Source: an uncultured delta proteobacterium
GTDB taxonomy: Bacteria > Desulfobacterota > Desulfuromonadia > Desulfuromonadales > JACZKF01
Direction of reading: 5' to 3'
Length of the DNA: 64,000 nt
Assembly: GCA_963816395.1 (NCBI GenBank)
Contig: CAWFKQ010000007.1
Coordinates: forward strand, 387,738 to 451,737
Each line of letters begins with the position of its first letter. Within the stretch, counting starts at the first letter, position 1. This document shows positions 58,659 to 64,000 of the stretch, piece by piece. A program made the translations under genes and the position numbers. A model generated the notes under the pieces. The model was not told the DNA's origin and made no database searches. It worked only from the letters and a program-made list of their open reading frames with translations.

Positions 58659-59440
58659 CGCAGCACGCCGAAAAGCAGCAGCAGACCGACCAGGCCGACG
58701 ACGCTGAGCAGACGGTCGGTCCGCCGCGCTCGCAGAACCGGCAGTTCCCCCTCCCCCCAGACGTCCTCGCCGCGCGCCGCGGCCTGCGCCAGGGCATCGG
58801 CGCGGTCGACCAGCCGCAGCAGCAGCGGCGTGATCATCACCGCCAGCGCCCGGGCTCTGGCCGGCAGCGGCCCGCTGCCCGGATCGTTCCCAGCCTTCCG
58901 GGCGGCCGCCAGCTGGCCGGCGGCCTCCTCGCGAAAAATGGGGATGAACTGCAGCACCAGCAGGAACAGGAGCACCGTCTCGCGCACCGGCAGGCAGCGG
59001 CGCAGGGGCGCCAGCAGCACCGACAGGGCGGCGGCAAGCTCCCGTGGGGCGGTGGTCAGGGTGAGCAGGGAGGAGAAGGTGACCGCCAGCACCAGCTGCC
59101 CGTCCACCAGCAGACCCTGCGTCAATCCGTCCCGGGAGAGCCAGATCTGGCCGAAGAGGGTGCGGCCGGGAGAGAAGAGCAGGTGCAGCAGCAGGGTAAA
59201 GAGGAGCAGCCAGCGCAAGGCCCGCAGGCCCCGCCACCAGAGACGAGCGGGGATCTGGCCGAGGAGCAGGAGCAGGCCGGCGAACAGGGCCAGCACCGCC
59301 AGGCGGAGCGGGGCGGCGCCAGCAAAGGCGGCGATCACCAGCAGCGGCAGGCCGGCCAGCTTCAGCCGCGGATCGAGCCGGTGCAGGAAGGAATCCGCCG
59401 GGTGGTAGCGCCCGAGAGTAAGATCGTCGAGAAAGGACAT
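58655..59440 (-). CDS. ecfT: ECF-transporter transmembrane (T) component, EcfT/CbiQ family
   Basis: 261 aa: MSFLDDLTLGRYHPADSFLHRLDPRLKL... and the ARGxxxxxG-type signature (..AQAAARGEDV..). ATGA overlap with truA. Confidence 0.8.
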   Translation of the reverse strand: MSFLDDLTLGRYHPADSFLHRLDPRLKLAGLPLLVIAAFAGAAPLRLAVLALFAGLLLLLGQIPARLWWRGLRALRWLLLFTLLLHLLFSPGRTLFGQIWLSRDGLTQGLLVDGQLVLAVTFSSLLTLTTAPRELAAALSVLLAPLRRCLPVRETVLLFLLVLQFIPIFREEAAGQLAAARKAGNDPGSGPLPARARALAVMITPLLLRLVDRADALAQAAARGEDVWGEGELPVLRARRTDRLLSVVGLVGLLLLFGVLR

Positions 59441-59448
59441 GGGGAGAT

Positions 59449-59579
59449 TAGGCCAGAGGCTAGAGGCAAGGGAATCGGGGACTAGAGGCCAGAGGCTGGA
59501 GGCAAGAGGTTACAAGCAGAACCATCGGCCAGGATTTATGGCTTTCCTCTAGCCTCTAGCCCCTTGCCTCTTGCCTGCC
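59449..59579. repeat. Inverted pair of heptad arrays, family A (AGGCNAG), between asd and ecfT
   Basis: Left arm GGCCAG|AGGCTAG|AGGCAAG|GGAATCG|GGGACTAG|AGGCCAG|AGGCTGG|AGGCAAG|AGGTTAC|AAGC (59451-59514). Right arm 59546-59579, whose reverse complement is GGCAGGC|AAGAGGC|AAGGGGC|TAGAGGC|TAGAGG. Confidence 0.85.
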
Positions 59580-59581
59580 GT

Positions 59582-60601
59582 TTACAAATACTTTTCCGCG
59601 AGAATTTCGGCGATCTGCACGGCGTTGGTGGCGGCGCCCTTGCGCAGGTTGTCGGCACAGATCCACAAGTTGAGACCGTTGGCAATCGTCCCATCCTCGC
59701 GGACCCGGCCGACCAGAACCTGGTCCTGGCCGGCGGCATCGACCGGCATCGGGTAGAGCCCGTTCGCCGGATCATCGACCAGGTTGACGCCGGCAGCGCC
59801 GTCAAGCAGCTCGCGCGCCCTGGCGGCGGTAATCTTCGTCACCGTTTCGACATTGACCGATTCGCTGTGGCCATAGAAGACCGGCACGCGAACGGTGGTG
59901 GCGGTCACCCCGATGTTGTCGTCCGCCAGGATCTTGCGGGTCTCATTGACCATTTTCATCTCTTCCCCGGTGTAGCCGTTTTCCAGGAAGGAGTCGATCT
60001 GCGGCAGGCAGTTGAAGGCGATCTGATGCGGGTAGACCTTTGGCGCGGAAGGCCGGCCGTTGAGTAGTTCACCGGCCTGGATGCGCAACTCATCGATGGC
60101 TTTCTGCCCGGTTCCGGAAACCGCCTGGTAGGTAGAGACCACGATGCGCCGGATGCCGCCGAAGTCGTGGAGGGGTTTGAGCGCCACCACCAGCTGGATG
60201 GTTGAGCAGTTGGGATTGGCGATAATTCCCCGGTTGACATAGCGGGCGATTTCCTGGGGGTTGACCTCGGGGACGACCAGTGGAACATCCGGATCCAGGC
60301 GCCAGGCGCTCGAGTTGTCAATGCACACCGCCCCGGCAGCGGCGGCGATCGGGCAGAATTCCCGGCTGCGCTCGCCGCCGGCGGAGAAAAGGGCGATATC
60401 GATCCCCTGAAAGGAGTCCCTGGCGAGAGTCTGCACCAGGATATCCTCTCCGCGGAACTCCAGGGAATTCCCCTCGGAGCGCTCGGAGGCGAGCAGACGC
60501 AGTTCCTTGACCGGGAACTCCCGTTCCTCCAGCACCCGCAGCATTTCGTTGCCAACAGCGCCGGTGGCGCCGACCACGGCGATGTTCCACTGTTTGCTCA
60601 T
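59582..60601 (-). CDS. asd: Aspartate-semialdehyde dehydrogenase, short (Gram-positive/archaeal-like) type
   Basis: Trimmed to MSKQWNIAVVGATGAVGNEMLRVL (ATG 60601); ..IIANPNCSTIQLVVAL.. active site; 339 aa. Confidence 0.9.
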   Translation of the reverse strand: MSKQWNIAVVGATGAVGNEMLRVLEEREFPVKELRLLASERSEGNSLEFRGEDILVQTLARDSFQGIDIALFSAGGERSREFCPIAAAAGAVCIDNSSAWRLDPDVPLVVPEVNPQEIARYVNRGIIANPNCSTIQLVVALKPLHDFGGIRRIVVSTYQAVSGTGQKAIDELRIQAGELLNGRPSAPKVYPHQIAFNCLPQIDSFLENGYTGEEMKMVNETRKILADDNIGVTATTVRVPVFYGHSESVNVETVTKITAARARELLDGAAGVNLVDDPANGLYPMPVDAAGQDQVLVGRVREDGTIANGLNLWICADNLRKGAATNAVQIAEILAEKYL

Positions 60602-60735
60602 ACCTTGAACCCCTTTAACGCAAAGACGCAGAGTAACAGGCAAGGCGCAAAGCAAACCGAAGCCAGCCTGATCCTTTGCGCCTTTCTTTTTACCTTAGCG
60701 CCTTTGCGTTGAAACAAGGTCACTTAAGGTCACTT
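60602..60735. repeat. Composite inverted/direct repeat filling the spacer between the two asd genes
   Basis: AACGCAAAG..GGCGCAAAG (60617-60652) faces CTTTGCGCC..CTTTGCGTT (60674-60710). Tandem AAGGTCACTT x2 at 60715-60734, and ACCTTGAAC at 60602 matches the family C unit. Confidence 0.7.
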
Positions 60736-61827
60736 CTCCAGCAGGATGCGCAGCATCCGCCGCAGCGGTTCGGCGGCTCCCCAGAGCAACTGATCGCCGC
60801 AGGTGAAGGCGGAGAGGTACTGAGGCCCCATTTTCATCTTGCGCACCCGGCCGACGGGCACGTCCAGGGCGCCGGAGACGGCGGCCGGGGTGAGCCGGGC
60901 GAGGGAATCGGCCTTGGTATTGGGGACCAGACTGACCCACGGGTTGTCATTGGCGATCAGGTCTTCCAGGTCGGCGATCGGCACGTCCCGCTTCAGCTTG
61001 ATAGTCAACGCCTGGCTGTGACAGCGCATGGCGCCGACCCGCACGCAGATGCCGTCGACAGGAATCGGGGCCGCGGTACCGAGGATCTTGTTGGTTTCGG
61101 CGTATCCCTTCCACTCCTCACGGCTCTGGCCGTCCTCGACCTCGCGGTCAATCCAGGGAAGGACGCTGCCGGCGAGGGGAAAACCGAACTCCTTCTGCGG
61201 CAGGGTCTCGCCGCGCAGAGTGGCGGTGACCTGCCGGTCGATTTCGAGGATAGCCGAACCCGGATCCCTGAGCAGGCCGGCCACCGAACCGTGCAGCACC
61301 CCCATCTGGGCGAGCAGTTCGCGCATATTGGGAGCACCGGCGCCGCTGGCAGCCTGGTAGGTCATGGAGGTGAGCCACTCGACCAGACCGGCGCGGAACA
61401 GGCCGCCGAGCCCCATGAGCATCAGGCTGACGGTGCAGTTGCCGCCGATGAAATCTTTCTGCCCTCTGGCGAGGGCGGCATCGATGACATTGCGGTTGAC
61501 CGGATCGAGGATGATGACGGCATCCTTCTCCATGCGCAGAGTGCTGGCCGCGTCTATCCAGTACCCCCGCCAGCCGGCCCGGCGCAGTTCCGGATGGACG
61601 GCCTTGGTGTAGTCGCCCCCCTGGCAGGTGATGATCACGTCCAGTTTCTTGAGTTCCGCGAGGTCGGAAGCATCCTTCAGGGTCCCGGCGTTCATGGGGG
61701 CTGGCGCCCCGGCCTGGGAAGTGGAAAAGAAGACCGGCTCGACCCCGGCCAGATCGTTCTCCTCCTGCATGCGCTGCAGGAGAACCGAGCCGACCATACC
61801 CCGCCAACCGACAAGTCCGACTTTCAT
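60730..61827 (-). CDS. asd: Aspartate-semialdehyde dehydrogenase, long (E. coli) type
   Basis: [23 protein letters not shown]...[17 protein letters not shown]...[17 protein letters not shown] is colinear by eye with E. coli Asd. Confidence 0.9.
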   Translation of the reverse strand: MKVGLVGWRGMVGSVLLQRMQEENDLAGVEPVFFSTSQAGAPAPMNAGTLKDASDLAELKKLDVIITCQGGDYTKAVHPELRRAGWRGYWIDAASTLRMEKDAVIILDPVNRNVIDAALARGQKDFIGGNCTVSLMLMGLGGLFRAGLVEWLTSMTYQAASGAGAPNMRELLAQMGVLHGSVAGLLRDPGSAILEIDRQVTATLRGETLPQKEFGFPLAGSVLPWIDREVEDGQSREEWKGYAETNKILGTAAPIPVDGICVRVGAMRCHSQALTIKLKRDVPIADLEDLIANDNPWVSLVPNTKADSLARLTPAAVSGALDVPVGRVRKMKMGPQYLSAFTCGDQLLWGAAEPLRRMLRILLEK

Positions 61828-61847
61828 ACGAGGTTCCCTTTAAATAA

Positions 61848-61900
61848 GGTAGTGAGATAGGGAGGTAGTGAGATAGAAAGGGCTTTTAACTACCTACACC
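61848..61900. repeat. Family B repeat: GGTAGTGAGATAG x2 plus partial inverted copy
   Basis: GGTAGTGAGATAGggaGGTAGTGAGATAGaaagggcttttaaCTACCTACac. A related GGTAGTGAGGTAGG (minus-strand sense) occurs at 57899-57912, overlapping the truA stop. Confidence 0.8.
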
Positions 61901-61917
61901 GCATCTGCCCCTGAATT

Positions 61918-63120
<1,203 letters not shown>

Positions 63121-63236
63121 TCATTTTTGTGGTCAAACGGCTGGAAGCGGCTACTATTGAGCCACATGTGGCACACTGCCTGTGCCATAGCATACACACG
63201 TGCGCGACTGGAGTCAAAGTGAGGCGGGCGGAAGAA

Positions 63237-63273
63237 CAGCAGACAAGCCGGGTTTTCCCAGGCTTGTCTGCTG
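63237..63273 (-). terminator. Stem-loop terminator candidate downstream of the small ORF
   Basis: CAGCAGACAAGCC-(loop)-GGCTTGTCTGCTG, a 13-bp perfect stem. The minus strand is followed by UUCUUCC. Confidence 0.6.
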
Positions 63274-63311
63274 CGGATGCGACAACTGAGGGTGTTGAGA
63301 GGTCCGAACGG

Positions 63312-63515
63312 CTAATGCCAGCGGCGTTCGCCGGCAACATCTTCCAGGCGGGTTTCCACCTCCCGGGAAGCCAGTTCCTTCATGCGCTCGTTGGCATTGA
63401 AACTGGCCTCGGCGGCGCCGAGGATATCGAGCTGCTGGTCGAGCGGCAATCCCCGAAAGTAGTTCAGCAGTTCCTTCTCCTCCCGGCTCAGCGGTTCTCC
63501 GGAAAACTCAGACAT
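63312..63515 (-). CDS. Hypothetical small protein (67 aa)
   Basis: MSEFSGEPLSREEKELLNYFRGLPLDQQLDILGAAEASFNANERMKELASREVETRLEDVAGERRWH. ATG 63515 lies behind AGGAGAAGGGTG. It forms the C-terminal third of ORF 63312..63950. Confidence 0.5.
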   Translation of the reverse strand: MSEFSGEPLSREEKELLNYFRGLPLDQQLDILGAAEASFNANERMKELASREVETRLEDVAGERRWH

Positions 63516-63601
63516 CACCCTTCTCCTCTGGCCACGCAAACATGGACGGAAAACCTTGTCCATCCTTAAGTCTAGCAGGGACAGAAGGAAGGTGCACCCG
63601 T

Positions 63602-64000
63602 TCAAGGGGAAATTTCTTCCAGGGCGCCGGCGAGAACGGTAAAGGGGTGGTAGTTGCCCGGCGCGGCTTCCCGCAGGGATGCTCAGCAGATTGCGGAAGA
63701 ACTTCACCCTCGCCCGGCGCCGGGAGAAAAACGCCTCCAGATTTCCCTCGTTCTCCTCCCATACCGCCTGGGTAAGGCGGAAAAGAACGGCGGCAAAGCG
63801 CCGCTGCAGGGCCTGCAGCGCCAGGCGGCCCCAGTAATCGTGCGCCCGCACCTCCAGCATCCGCCGCTGGATCTGCCGAAGCTGCAGAAATTCCCGGATC
63901 TCGCCGTAGGTGCTGGCAATCGAATGGAAATCGCCGCCGGTGCGGGTCACCAGCGCCGCAACCGGCAGGAAGTCCTCCAGGTGCGGCAGGATGGCCAGGT
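63602..64000 (-). CDS. Hypothetical protein, 3' part (start beyond right edge); possibly another indel near 63672-63678
   Basis: The open frame enters from the right edge (...LAILPHLEDFLPVAALVTRTGGDFHSIASTYGEIREFLQLRQ...AVWEENEGNLEAFF...). After ..NLLSIPA the listed frame becomes Arg-rich junk. The adjacent frame gives EAAPGNYHPFTVLAGALEEISP*, with stop at 63602. No family recognised. Confidence 0.35.

Noticed and set aside
57900-59237. 445-aa ORF with Pro/Arg/Gly/Ala-rich N-terminus
   Set aside because: The N-terminal 193 residues are an out-of-frame reading of ecfT. TruA starts at MRTIRL (58658), and the C-terminal part is a frameshift product.
63140-63170. Sigma54 promoter at TGGCACactgcctgtgcc upstream of leuB
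   Set aside because: TGGCAC is present on both strands of a dyad, but the -12 GC is displaced by one or two nt from consensus spacing. A good sigma70 promoter (TTGACA-18-TATATT) lies nearby instead.

Overview
High-GC bacterial chromosome segment, with almost all genes on the minus strand. Gene content and order (ihfB-sppA-rpsA-ispH-cmk-aroA-tyrA-pheA, secDF-yajC-tgt-queA, GEMM-I riboswitches, sigma54 promoter, MqnA) suggest a Desulfuromonadales/Geobacter-like deltaproteobacterium; this is inference, no search was possible.

Five blocks:
- (A) 1-2.9 kb: 5' part of a giant secreted repeat-domain adhesin-like gene, preceded by two tandem GEMM-I cyclic-dinucleotide riboswitches, each with its own terminator.
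- (B) 3.2-13.9 kb: D-glucarate/galactarate utilisation locus (garD, tctABC-type transporter, 2-hydroxyacid dehydrogenase, garR, DapA-family enzyme, gudD). A divergent LacI-family regulator accompanies it, and three promoters each carry the same palindromic operator.
- (C) 14.1-23 kb: 2-hydroxyacid/2-oxoacid oxidoreductase cluster (GlcF-like, GlcD-like, Ldh_2 family, four-part 2-oxoacid:ferredoxin oxidoreductase whose delta-ferredoxin is fused to a GltD-like NAD(P)H flavoprotein) with a divergent GntR/FadR regulator.
- (D) 23-26.9 kb: small decayed accessory islet next to the 3' end of tRNA-Leu(UAA). It holds a REP-associated tyrosine transposase with REP palindromes, a ParE/Phd toxin-antitoxin pair, a conserved hypothetical with an Ada-like Zn motif, an AT-rich ORFan and an MNT/HEPN remnant, bracketed by an imperfect direct repeat.
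- (E) 26.9-64 kb: housekeeping genes plus a sigma54-driven HD-GYP/GGDEF operon.

Two window-wide observations:
- At least ten otherwise well-conserved genes are interrupted by single-base indels. This looks more like consensus or assembly error than decay, and it makes several ORF-track entries artefactual fusions or fragments.
- Many short intergenic spacers in block E, and the flanks of the TA cassette, are filled with families of degenerate tandem heptanucleotide repeats, often arranged as inverted arrays.

Start codons below are my re-evaluations, because the ORF track reports the longest ORF including GTG/TTG starts. All family names come from motif recognition by eye, not from database searches.
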